A stretch of DNA of 64,000 bases. It comes from Selaginella moellendorffii (taxonomy: Eukaryota > Plantae > Lycopodiophyta). A model generated the notes under the pieces. The model made no database searches and was not told the DNA's origin. It saw nothing but the letters and a program-made list of their open reading frames with translations. Where the stretch lies: assembly GCF_000143415.4 (NCBI RefSeq), contig NW_003314359.1, positions 33,477-97,476 on the forward strand, written 5' to 3'. The position numbers were made by a program, and so were the translations under genes. Every line of letters begins with the position of its first letter. Position 1 is the stretch's first letter. This document shows positions 37,298 through 49,904 of the stretch, piece after piece.

Positions 37298-39890
37298 TTC
37301 ACTTATTGAACCAATGAGTCAGGAGCACACTATGAAGCTCAACATGGCATGCCATAAGATCAACATGTAAGAATTTTTTTTTTGTAAACTTAGCCAATAT
37401 CGTGTTTTTGCAGGCTAAACCAATTTGCGTTTCAAGCTTATACATTGGTACATGACATTGAGCACCTTTGGTTTATCGGCATGCTCTCGCTAGAGGAGGT
37501 CCAAACATTGAACAATCATGAGGTATTTGAAGCAATTTGAGTGAAGCTAGCAGCTAGGAAAGGCCAAGAATTGCAGACTTGGTACCAGCTGCCACTTGAT
37601 TTTCTAGTTGTTGTTTGGGTGAAGGTAAATTAGTATTGAAGTATGTATCAACTTACATAATGTTTCTTGCAGCCCATAATCAAAGGAGAAAGAGCATCAT
37701 TCTTTAAAAATGCCCAAGGGGATGAGCAGTAGAAGGAGATGGAGTGGCATGTGATTGAGCAGCAAATTTTAAATACAAAGAGAACAAAGGTGAAAAAGTT
37801 TCTCTCAATTGCAGACATACAACGCAGGTAGGAATGGCTTGATAGCATTGTAGAGATTTGTTTTCATGTTCGTAAGTTCTTCTAAAATTTGTGAAACATT
37901 TCATAAGTCCTTGTGTGTGTAGGAACTGGTAAAGCACCGGAGGAACTCATTTACAACATTTCCAAGAGTAAAATGTCTTTTGTTGAACAAAGCATCTACT
38001 TGGACCTTCTCAACACTTGGCTGTGAAACAACAAAAAATGCTACGAGATAAGGATGGAGAAGGTGATGAAGGAAAAGGCATATATTTCTCAAAATATTGC
38101 CACTGGTGAGGAGGTGCTACAAGTCTGGGATGAGAAGTTTCTTTCCAACACCCACATAGGTATCACTCTTGAAGAATATATTCATACTTGTCTTGCGGAG
38201 CTAGGGAATGGTTGGCTTCCATGTGGTGGGATGAGTTTGGTTGAGTTCAAGAACCAACCAGGACAACCATTTCTTACAAGGCGCATGGTTTACAAGTATT
38301 TTCTCAATTCTCATTTATATATTGGTATTTATATTTTTGTTTTACTTTGTAGATATTTAAAATATTGCCCCAACACACCAGTATACATAACTGGTGTTTT
38401 GCAGAAGCTCTTGACTAGAGGCAAGAAGCTGGGGATGTATGAGCCAGAGTTCTACTGTCCTTGTACACATGAGAAGGAGCTATGCCTGTGGTACCTTGAA
38501 CTCGTGGAGCAAATGCCGACATCAGACTTTGAGCTAAATCTCTACCTTAAATGTTATCTAGGTTCACTTGAAACTTAGCACTTGACTAGGAAATATTAAC
38601 CTTGAGTTATATTTTTATTTTCCAGAGGCTCTTTCTGACTATGATAATGATGTTGTTGAAGTTCAACAACTAAACCCAGAAGTCCACACTCATGAAACCA
38701 TTCAGGAGATGTCAAATCCAAATACCGTTGAACCAAAGGAAACTATACAGGAAATTCCAGCACAAGAGATTCCAGTCCTTGCTCCTCGCAAGCCCTGAAG
38801 GGGCCATCGTGAAACCTTTGATGAGAGTAAGGACTTTGATTTGGAACATTCTTTCATTCATTCTTGACTTCACTTTTTTTTTTATAGATTTTGAAGAGAG
38901 CAGCCATCAATCTTCTCGGCGGACTAAGACATTCTTCTCATCCCTCCCTACGGCTAAAGACAACGACCTAGAAGAGCTCTCCTCTGCAGCTATGCATAAA
39001 CAAGTTAGTAAACATGAATTTTATCTCCAACTTTTAGTTCTAATAATTGAGTTTTAGGTTTGCCCTCTATCCCCAATGGCTAGTGTTGGGGAAGTTGCTG
39101 TTCTCATTAGGGATTACACACAGCTTTTAGATGCTACTAGTTGGGAGCTCTACATGCTTGATTAGTGGATCTATGGTCTGAGTCAGCTCAGACCTTATGG
39201 GAAGATCGATTTCATCTTTTTCAATCTTCCTGATGATATGCTACCACTGTAGGGGGATACTCTGTCATGGAATGTGTTGCAGGCCCAACACATTTTCCAA
39301 GCCTTAAAGGTTATGAGCAGCTTCATGACATATGAGGGTGTGGTTGTCATGATCCTTCCCCACTCTCTAATGTGGGAAGGCCTTCTCGCACACTTGGTTG
39401 ACAATGATGATGGATTTGTTGAGTTTTCATCTGGCTGCCTTCTTTCAAGTATGGCAATGGATGCAAAAGTGGGCAAAAGCAAAAGGTGTGTGACTTCTTT
39501 ATTTACAAATTAACTCTATTCTATTTTTTTTTTCCAAATTTATTCCTAGAACTACCATGCTCTATGCCACATTGGGAACTGGTGTAATGCCACAAGAGCT
39601 AATGAGCGTGCTACTCTTGCTTTACCAGAATATGACAGCTCTATAGACATCATCCCAAATGTGATTGACTTGAATGTTCTTCACCCAACATTCCCTAGTT
39701 ATTGACATTGTTTAGTTACGGCTATGCAGATCTGGTTGGAGTTATTCTATCCACCAAAGGGAACTGTGCTTGATGTTACAACAAGATTTGGATCAATAGT
39801 GCAGGCAACAAAAGAGACAGGCCGAGCTGTTTTTGCACTTGAGAAGAAGGGTGCCTTTGAGGACATTCTTAGGAGATTTTGCGACAGGTA
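37298..39890 (+). pseudogene. Outer cargo gene, 3' part, ending in a beta-class N4C/N6A DNA methyltransferase-like domain (multi-exon, decayed)
   Basis: KIDFIFFNLPD..W..ALKVMSSFMTYEGVVVMI (motif IV-VI region, ~39200-39360) precedes IWLELFYPPKGTVLDVTTRFGSIVQATKETGRAVFALE (motif X-I-II, 39730-39843). Short GT-AG introns throughout. Confidence 0.75.
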
Positions 39891-41559
39891 ATGTTAGTGC
39901 TTGAAATAATTTATAATATTTATTCTCAAATGTTTCTATGTCATTAGGTCTACACTTATCACACACAATATTTCAGTCCACATGCTTGATCTTGATGATA
40001 TGGATGATCATATGGACCGAAGTGAATTCCACTTACCTATTTATGCTAAATGTATGGCACAACATTACATACAACACGAGCCTATAGTGAAGGTGCATTC
40101 CACTATACCCATTCTACTTTTCTGGATATGGAAGCAGAAGAAGATTGAATATATTCTAATTTTAATGTTGTTTAATATATTATTTTCTTTCTTTGTAGAC
40201 TAAAAGATTAGTTCGTGTTGAACCAATAATCTACATGAGCTTATGGAATACCTTAAACACCTAGATTTTATGTTAAAATTCTTGGTTCGGGACGAACTAA
40301 GGTAGTGCCATTAAACTTTCGCTAGTTAAGGGATTGTATGACTTCCTTTGACTTTTGTTGACTTTCATTGACTTGAGCTCAGCTCAAAAATTACCTGGCC
40401 CCATACAAGCTGTTGGTTGAAAGACCAAAGTGATCATCCCCTAGGGGGGTGGGGGTTGCAAGGGGTTCCATAAGTATAGTAGGGAGAGTGTGGGGGTTGG
40501 ACCCTAGTGGAGCCAGTTTGGCCAGGAAAGGCTAGTTTGGCCTAGGAAGGCTGTACCTAGGTGTTGGGTGATAAAATAACTATTGGGAAGTCCAAGGCTA
40601 GAGTGAATACAAATTAACAAATGGGGTAGTTTGGTGAAGTGTTCAAGAGCCGACTCTAATTTTCCCTGGAGATTGAATGGTCGATGCTCCCAATGGGTAG
40701 CACTACTTACTTGGATACTGGGCATGACTTAACAGAACCTTGCTTTAACCCCATGGCTAGAGCACCCAAAAGCGGAAGGTGGGGAGAGTACCCATGAGGC
40801 CCATGTAGGGTCATGGTATTCCAAAATGTTGTGATGGTGGAAAGGAAGAAGAGCAGTCCTCTAATGTAGTGACCAAGGATGCGGTTATATGGTGAGGAAG
40901 TCCCAGAGAACAAGGCGACTTAATGGTTAGGCATGTGAGCCTTGATCCAATGGCAATATTGGCAAACACGGCCATGGATAGAAAGGGACTTGGTGGGGAC
41001 CAAAAAAGGAATATTAGGGAAGGCTATTCCCCATATCTATAGGCATCTTAAGGATGTTAAGGAGTGGATTTGGGATGACCAGTCATGGACAGATAGCCCA
41101 ATCTTTGAGAGATGGGACTATGATGTAGGTGGTATTAGATCATCAGTGTGATGAAAGTGAATAGGCATGGCTTTAGTGTAATAGGTTGATATGTTAGTGG
41201 TACCTTTGGGTGTTAGTCATGGGATCGAACACATGTAGCACTTTGACCAAATGCAAAGATTGAGTGGTATGGATGTCATTCTTGGGGCTAGCAAGCCCTC
41301 AGTTCTGAATTGGACTTATGGAGGTTAGGAATAAGACTCCTCCAAGTGTTCGGAGGTGTGGTTAAGTAACTAAACTAGAATGAAAAAATTAATCGCTTAC
41401 ATCTCTTAAATGTCTTTAAACACCTCTTTCCCAATCTTTTCTTATTTCTAAGTTTCAACCACCATCTTATTTTCTTAGCGTTTTTGTAAGGAACCAACTC
41501 CCCGAGGTGTCATAGGCTAAAGGATCTCTAAAACCACAACTGAAATAATAAAGAGTTCA

Positions 41560-42420
41560 TTAGATGAGACCGAGTCCAAGATCGATTCCGAGACTGACTT
41601 TAAGACCAAGTTCAAGACCAAATCTGAGACTGACTCTAAGACTGAGTTTGAGACCAAGTTCGAGACCGAGTCTGAGATCAAGTTTGAAACCAACTCCGAG
41701 ACCTAAGTCTGAGATCTGAGATTGGATCCAAAACCAAGTCCAAGATCAAGTCCAAGATCAAGTCCAATATTGAGTTCAAGACCAAGTCCAAGGTCGAGTC
41801 TGAGATCAAGTCCAAAACTTAGTTTAAGACCGAGTCTAAGGTCGAGTCCTAGGTCGAGTCCGAGATCAAGTCCAAAATTGAGTTTGAGACTGAGTCCGAA
41901 GTCGAGTCCGAGGTTGAGTCCGAGATCGAGTCCGAGATCAAGTCCGAGCTTGAGTTCGAGATTAAGTCCAAGATCAAGTCCAAAACCGAGTTCGAGACCA
42001 AGTCCAAGATTGAGTTCGAAATTGAGTCCGAGACTGAGTCCGAGACCAAGTTCAAGATTCAAGATCAAGTCCAAAACCGAGTCTGAGATTGAGTCCAAGA
42101 CTGAGTCCAAAGTCGGGTTTGATTGAGTCCAAGATTGAGTATGGGATCGAGTTCAAGATCAAGTCTGAGAATAAGTCTGAAGTCAAGTCCAAGATCAAAT
42201 CCAAAATCGAGTTCCCCTCAAGCACTCACATCCTGAAACTACAACCGGAATGATAAAGAATTCATCAGATGAGACTGAGTCTAAGATCGGGTCCAAGACC
42301 AAGTTGGAGATCAAGTTCAAGACTGAGTCTAAGTCCAAGGTCAAGTTCGAGATCGAGGATAAGACCAAGTTGAGTCCAAGATGAAGTTCGAAATTAAATC
42401 CAAGACTGAGTTTGAATACT
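41560..42420. repeat. Degenerate 6/12-bp tandem array (GAGTCCGAGATC type), related to the family C LTR array
   Basis: Direct reading; two blocks, each preceded by AAAGA(G/A)TTCAT(T/C)AGATGAGAC. Confidence 0.9.
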
Positions 42421-43028
42421 AATATAGTCACGGGGTGAAAGCCCAAAGCAATTGTCTCTTAAGGGAGGGGGGCTTGTAGAGGGTTTCAAAAGTATAGTAG
42501 GGATAGTGAGGTCTAGAAACTAGTCTTGAAGGAACTCTCCAATGGTCCTTTTAAACTGACTTGAGGTTGAGACTGGGTGTTAGGGGCCTTGGGTGGGAGT
42601 GACTATGGAGTTGGTGGTGCTAGCATTAATATAATAAGGATAGTGAGGTATAAGAACCAGTCTTGACAGAACTCTCTAATGGTGTTTCCAAACTAACTTA
42701 GGGTTGAGACTGAGAGTTATAGGCCTCGAGTGGGAGTGAATATAGAGTCAGCTAGTGTTAGAAAGGCCACCCAAGGAAGTGCTCAAAAGTAACTCCCACT
42801 CTCGGAAGGGAAACCGACTACAATGCTCCCGACTTATATGGAGTAGTGCCCCACTTGAGTACCATGTGGCTCATTGGTCTTCGCTCCTTCCTAGGGGTAT
42901 AGGCCTTTTCTTTGGGATGGAAGTGGGGGAGTAGGGGTACCCATAATAGGCTGTTAGGCCATAATGTTTCCTCTCAGGGTTTTAAAGTAAGAGATGCATT
43001 CAAAGTTTGGGATTTAGAGTTCTATTAT

Positions 43029-46000
43029 TGTAGCGCACGTGGTTTTGACCCTTTATCCTATGGTGATTTACCATAGGATAACACCACAAAGCAAAACCTA
43101 AACCCTCTTTGTGCCACGTGACAGATGCCATGTGTCCAAAGGACAGTGGTGCAGAACACGAGGTTTAGGGCCTTGGGCCACTGAATGAAGGAACGGTGCC
43201 AAAACCCCCAAGTATGGAGCCAAGGAGTGACGAAACTGAACCACAGAGCAACTCTCGAGCATGCAGCCCAAGGAGTGAAGGGACAGGAGCCCGGAGCGAC
43301 TTGGAACAATCCTGGAGCAATCAGCATCCCAATGCCAGGATCAGCATGCAAAACAGAGCCAAATAGAGTTTGGCACTATTTCGGCATATCGGTGGCCTAA
43401 CGCAAGGACATGGGTACTCCACCAGCTAGCATGGAATGGAACTTAGGCTTAGCCCAAGCCAGACGCAAAACAAGGACAGGCACACAAGCGGGAGCAAAAC
43501 TATGCCTCAGGTTAGTTGGCCATGCCCAACCTACCCACTATCCCTACTATATATTTGGAACCCCCCATATCGCCCCCCCCCCCCGGGACACGGGACAAAC
43601 ACCATTGTGTTCATGACAATCTTTACATTTCATAAATATGCCAAATGAACAAATCTGGACACTTTCCATAAATAGCATTTGGGACCGAAATGAGACTAAC
43701 ACAAAGGGCATGATAGCGAGGGTGTTTGGTGGACACGGTAAGCTATCATCTAACAATATTGAGGGACCAAGCTCAATATCGTGGGGGTTCTTGATACTAG
43801 CAAGTGCAAGCCAATGATAGGAGTTTCTCAAACCAAGCTGAGTATGCTTAGCAAGAAACACATAGGGTTCCTACCTTATGTTTATCCGATCTAAGTACAC
43901 GGTCATTAACCAGTTTCTCAACTAGCTTAAGTGGGAAACTGATAACGGGTCCAGCAATACCAACCTCCTGCCATCGTAGCAGTAAGGTAAGAGTGTCCGT
44001 AAGGACTAGCCGACAGGTAACTCTCGATACCCAAAGTCACATTTGCGACACTCTCCCCCCCTAGGGAAGATTGATGTCCTCGTCGATGCATACTCGAGTC
44101 TAGAATATTGCCAAGGAAACAACTTCAGAAAAAGTTCACGGTATTCACACTATATGAGAAATGCACCAACTTAAATGAGTTAGGAGGCAACCTCTATGTC
44201 TAATGCGGATGCGCTACCAGCTCAGACACCTTCCGGCCATCGCCGACAAGGAAATGACCAACGAAGTCAGCCACCCTTGCTACTCTGGGAGTCACCCAAC
44301 TTACAAAAGTGTGATATGCCCCTGCCCGCAGGAACATAGAGAGAAAAGCCAGAGGCCCCAATCCTCCTGAGCAAAGAAACCAAACCTATCAATAAGGTTT
44401 AGATAGACTACTGTAAACAGGCAGTTAGAGTTTTTTACACGGTCACGCCCTTTTAACGGAATAAGGAACATCGATAGAGAGGCGGGTTATGTGACCAGTC
44501 GACAATAGCTACCCCATGACTGAAGATTTCACCATGCACACGAAGTGCCAAAGCCAGTCTACCTATACTGGCCCAAACTCAAAGATCAATAGATAGCCAA
44601 TATCAAAGTCATAAACAATGATATCTTAGAGACGTAAGTATCAGTGAATATAGCTTAAATTAGAATACAAAAGTATTCCAAATAAGTTATTATCCGATAA
44701 ACTAGTATTATAGTATATGAACCACTAAGATCATCATAATTGGTAAACACAGGATTCACCATCTAACAAAATTCATTAGCTAGTGTATCATCAAGAAAAC
44801 TCAATGATGAAACTTAACTAAAGAAGATGGTAGATAGTATGCCAAACAATTTACTAAAGATAACTCAAAGAACACAAAGTATCATTGACTGGTAAGCAAA
44901 ATGCTCATGTATCATCTGAAGGAAATAACATTCCAATCTATTAGAATGAACTCGAGCAATAATCAATGGAACAAAATGAATGTGGTAAAACCAACAAACA
45001 CCTATTTATGCCAATTATCACACTATCCAATCTGAATAGATCCTAGCCAATAACACCAAGGAACTCAAGTTGCTTAAGCAAGTGTCAGCAACATCCTACT
45101 GATGTCTCAAACCCAAATGACCAATCCAAAGCAAACCACAAAGAACATGTGGTATTGCAAAAAGCCATAAGCTATCAAAGAGAATAATTAACCATTATGA
45201 AAGATCATCAACCATCCCATCAATAAAGAGATGCATAATCATCGTCTAAGAAGAAATCCACCATCCCGAAGAATGGCAAATCATTCTAGATCAACAATAA
45301 TCAAGCAAACCTTTTGACAAGGATAATCAACTATCCTAAATGATAGTCAATCATCACCAATGATTGCTAGATGCAAATACTAACTTCATTGAAGCTAACA
45401 AGCCAAAATGCCTTCCCCAACAACTTCTAACAAATGGTCCACAAGCATGAAAACTCAAGAAACCAAAAGCTTGAAGAATCTTATAGCCAAGTCGTACCTA
45501 ACAATGATCATAAGTCTTGCATGAACTAATTTCAATATTAAAGAAGAAATTATGGTATAACCTATAGTATCCTCCTCAACACATCTAGAAGCTAAACTTC
45601 ATAATGCAAAGCTAATGAAGAGTATATTTGCATCAATCCAAAAGCTAAGCATAACGAAGTTATGCTTAACAAGTGATCACCAAATGATCCTCCATGAATC
45701 CATCTATAACAAGACGTAACTCACTTCATAGCAAGCACAAAGATAACTATCAATGGTCAAAATATTCCAACTCAAACCCAATAAAGATTTAAATATTTCA
45801 ATATCAATCACTAACTCTTCCTCTTGTAAAGTTAACATAGTCCATGACAAAATCACTTTTCAAGGAAAAGCCAAAATTCAACCCCTACTAAACAATTTTA
45901 TCTAGAGCACAACTAACTCAACTTGCCACTCAGTTCATTTGAATGTCAATACAATTGCTAACTAGCAAATGCACAAATGCCAATAACACAAAACTACAAC

Positions 46001-48776
46001 CAAATCATCAACACTATCTTCGTCAAGACTAATGAAACTCAATGTTAATCCTAAAGAGAAACATTTCATCTCACTTGAATCTCAATGTTAACAATATCAA
46101 TGACAAGGCATCACTTCAATGCCATTAAGACCATAACAAAGCTAGAAAAAAGCAAGAGTGAATCACCACTCAAAACTCCCTAGCAACTAAGCTAACCAAG
46201 GTTGAAGATACTTTAGTTAGTATCCGAGACCAATCCTTTAGCAAAACTCAGTTACAGATAACACTTCTTCAAAGAGTGAATCACCACATCCAAGACTCAA
46301 TGAAATCCAACACTACGAACTAAACACAATCAAATGATATCGACAGAGGTAAAGTCGAAATGCCAACATGGAAAACCCATGTAAATCTAACAACACGATC
46401 CTCTGCAACACCATCTGGTAAGCAACCCATCACTGATAAATCTTCATCGAGTGAAGCAAGTGTTAACAGTCTTCGACTAAGTTTACAAGTAATCACTAGT
46501 TGTAAAGCAACTAACAATCACTCTTCAACTTGCCTTCACTAGACCCAACACTAAACTCATGTCATCGAGTTATATACTTGTCCAACATGAACATAATACC
46601 CCAGGTACGAGATAAAAATTCATGGACAAGCACGAACTAAATGACTACTCAAATCCAACTCAACCACAATAAGCTCACCAATGCATTTAGCCACTAGCTC
46701 TGAGCATGCCTTGAAGAGGCTAGCTATGCATGATCAACACTCAGCTGAAATTAAAATGAGGACCATGGGATGAACTCATATCAGTACACAACCTCCTCTT
46801 AGACAAAGCTATAGTATAGGTACCAACATCTAAAACTCAAACAACTAAGTTGGACATCACCATCCTCAACCAAGGCGCAAAGCCACCAAGATCAAGTCAA
46901 AATCAGTAAGAGCTCACTACTCTCATAAAGTCTTACGAAATGCAAGGTGCAACCTGCCACCAAGCATAATGCTACAGAAGAAAGACACAAGGGTCACCTT
47001 TCTTAGAAAAGTGCAACGGCCACTTTTCTACACCAACTCCAGACTCTATTCAACTCAATTGTAATAGCCCCAAAAGTCAGCATCCCTTTCGGGCCGCATC
47101 ATACAAACTACTTACTAAGGTCTAAACTAACAAAAGTCAATTCCAACCCCTTCACTAGTTTATACTGGCTTATGAAAACGGAATGGGTTTCAGACAGAGT
47201 GATCAACAAATCAGCTATTGGAAAAGTTTAAGAAAATTTGTGGAAAAATTTCCATCCTAGAAAAAGAATGACTTTTAGTCCAGAAATACAAACTTCCAAG
47301 ACTCACCCAACTTCCTCCTACCTACAACTTCACATAGGTTCACCTCAACACAAATTCTCATGACCCATAGTATGCTTAAGCCTCGAATATCTTTTTTTCC
47401 CATACTTCCGACATCCAATATCGACATCTGCAAAATGCAAAGTGAACATCCAAAGTTTGATCACGAAGACCACATCTTCGGATATCCACACTGCACTAAC
47501 ACTCTTCTTCAACCACTTTCAAGATCCAATATAAAGCTAAAACACTAACAAGAAAAATGACATGGAAAATCAAGCTCTAAGGAAAATCCTTATCACTCGA
47601 AATAATAATGTCACTTCCACTAATACAAGTGCTAGCAATGTCAATGCCTCAACTACACACCTTCTCCATCCAATAATCTATTCCAAGTGTTAATGGATCA
47701 ACTGATGAGCTATAGTAAATGAATGCTACAACCTTTTTCCAATACCTAACAAGCAAATCCTCAAGGAACAAGGAACCAACTTAAACTTAGCATAATGTAC
47801 CACCATTGAGAATCCAGTCAAAGCTACTACAATGCTACTTCGTACAAGTAGACTAGCCTCACCATCAACCACTTTGGGGTTGATCATCGTTTAACCAAGC
47901 AACTTCGTGCAAGTAGACTAGCCTCACCATCAATCACTTTGGGGTTGATAATCGTTTAACCAAGCAACTTCGTAAACACATCGCTCACTATCATATAGAT
48001 ATGATATAAGTATCACAATGACTTAATCATTAATTAAGTAACATTATGAGCAATGCCAATATCATTACTTCAAAGGTTTATGTGAGTATTAAGTGTTAAC
48101 TCAATTCAACAAAATACAACATAAATGCCATACCCCACTGATAAAGATTTATAACACTCAACACCATTCACCCCGGAAAAGAATTGAGCATTGCAACTCA
48201 AGTCTTCCAATAGCAAGCCTAGACAAAATGGTTTAGCACTTCACTACTATCCATTCCACAACTCACCATTTGTAAGACCATCATCTCCAAAATGCATCAA
48301 GGTAGGGACTCTTGATTGCATAATATGAATATGAGTAATGAGTTAACACCTCGTTGCAAATCATCTCTCTAAGAGAAAATGATTTATATGTTTGATCCTT
48401 CGTCCCTGACAACTCTCTTTTCGGTCTCATCTTTGACTAAACCTCAAGCTTGCGTTCACACTGCTTTCAGTCCAATCCAAGAAAAGTTTATGAGAAAGCA
48501 CGACAATGACTACTTGAACCAATAGACTAATCCCTACAGTCTTGGTTGATTCACTTGTAATCATGCCTAGGAAGGATCCACTAGCGCCGTGCTAAACAGC
48601 TATGAACTAGCCTATTTGCCACTCATAGCAAACCCAGAAAAAGGTTTACTTTCACCCATGGGACATGGAACAACTTATGGAACCACCGATAGGCTAACAT
48701 TAAACCTGCCAACTCAAAGAGTAACCTCGAGTTGCTAATGTGCCTCACTCACGAGCCCAAGCGAAAACTCGTGCAG
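43029..48776 (-). mobile_element. 5'-truncated decayed copia-derived element (family E); 3' LTR 43029-44050
   Basis: LTR TG...CA and PPT (CTCTCCCCCCCT at 44051 on the plus strand). Interior is the reverse-complement homologue of ~53377-58099. Confidence 0.85.
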
Positions 48777-49904
48777 ACATTTAACAGACATTAGCTATTT
48801 GTGCCTGCAAGGAGTGTAGCCGAACTTCAAGGCCAATTTAACTTAAGGAAGGGGAATGAGAGAGAATTTGGGAATCCATAGATGGTTAGTTAACACCATG
48901 TTGTTCGTGTAGTAATAGTTGAAGCCAAGTAGAACAAAGTAGGAAGTAATACCATAGGTGAGAACCTTGGCAAAGGAACTTAACTAAGGTCAAGGTAGTG
49001 ATGGTCGGATAGATGAAGTAAGTTGGCAAATTGGAAAGGAAAAATTTATGGCTTACAATTTCTTCTTTATTTAGGGCTTTTTTCTTGTAGCACATCGATT
49101 ATTTATTACTCTTATGATTCTCATTCTCAATTCAATATTGAGTTTAGTATTTTATACCTTCTTTATACTATTCTGGATATTATGTGTATGAAGTTGAGAA
49201 TCTTACTTTTGTTTCCTTGGTAGAGTCTTTAATCAATTCTTGTGTTCAGTATTCCCATATTCTAAAAGTGAGTCACTTTAGCCAAAATTTCAGGTTATGT
49301 CCTCAGTTGTTTATGTTGTTAAGAGTTTTTGCTTTATCGTTGCTATTAAGAAGTTTATATATGCCCTTGAGAGTGTAGATGTTTTTATTAATTTTCCCAT
49401 CTCAAATGTTGAGTTGTGTGTTAAAGAATTTGAACAGTGTGAAACTTTTGCTTATATTGCGATGGTTGAAGTATTTTATGATAGGAAGTATTTTGTTTTC
49501 CAAGTTTTGAGCACATGTCCTTTTTATTTCCCCATTTCTGTATTGACTGCTATTAAAAATTCCTTTTCTAATACTTCTTTATCCATTTTTTCTTCTTTCA
49601 TAATAATTCTTCCTTAGTTTTTCTTGTTTTCTCCTCTTTACCCCGATGCTCAAAAAAAAAAATTCTTTGGAAGAGGGGGTAGAGGGGATGGAAAGGAGTC
49701 TGGCCTCGATAATGGAGTAAAGACAAGTATAGCAAATCCAAATAGGACATTGAGCCTTAATATAATGAGGTTGAACATATGCAGTAAATGAAATGAGGCT
49801 AAATATAGATGGCAAAGTGAGAACAAGCATAATAACTCCAAATGAAATTAATGCTTCAAAACTTTTTTTCCTTCAAGGAGGGGATAAAAAGGATGTAAAA
49901 GACA

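Larger units (their letters stand above)
17597..40402 (-). mobile_element. Giant Mutator-like (MULE) DNA transposon carrying a ParB-like/methyltransferase cargo gene
   Basis: Imperfect TIRs: GAGCCCGGGTAGGTTTTGAGCTCATGAGCTCA (17597-17628) versus reverse complement of 40374-40402 GGGGCCAGGTAATTTTTGAGCTGAGCTCA. Degenerate 8-9-bp TSD ATACAGTT/ATACAAGCT. The host LTR is continuous once the segment is removed. A MULE transposase lies inside. Confidence 0.75.
11784..41401 (+). mobile_element. Family C LTR retroelement (5' LTR 11784-13194; 3' LTR 17058-17596 plus 40403-41401, split by the giant MULE)
   Basis: Both LTRs start TGTGAGA and end CGCTTGCA/CGCTTACA. 12309-13194 aligns with 40403-41401. Degenerate PBS ATTTGTTATTGAAGC at 13195, purine-rich tract AGGTGGTGGAG before 17058, weak TSD TTTCC/TCTCT. 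The interior is heavily decayed retro-pol sequence. Confidence 0.72.

Noticed and set aside
37298-39890. Bacterial contamination as the source of the MTase/ParB signal
   Set aside because: The sequence has spliceosomal-type introns and deamination-type decay, and is bounded by TIRs inside a plant LTR.
48780-49900. Possible LINE ORF1 fragment on the minus strand
   Set aside because: Only vague resemblance; no diagnostic motif could be confirmed.
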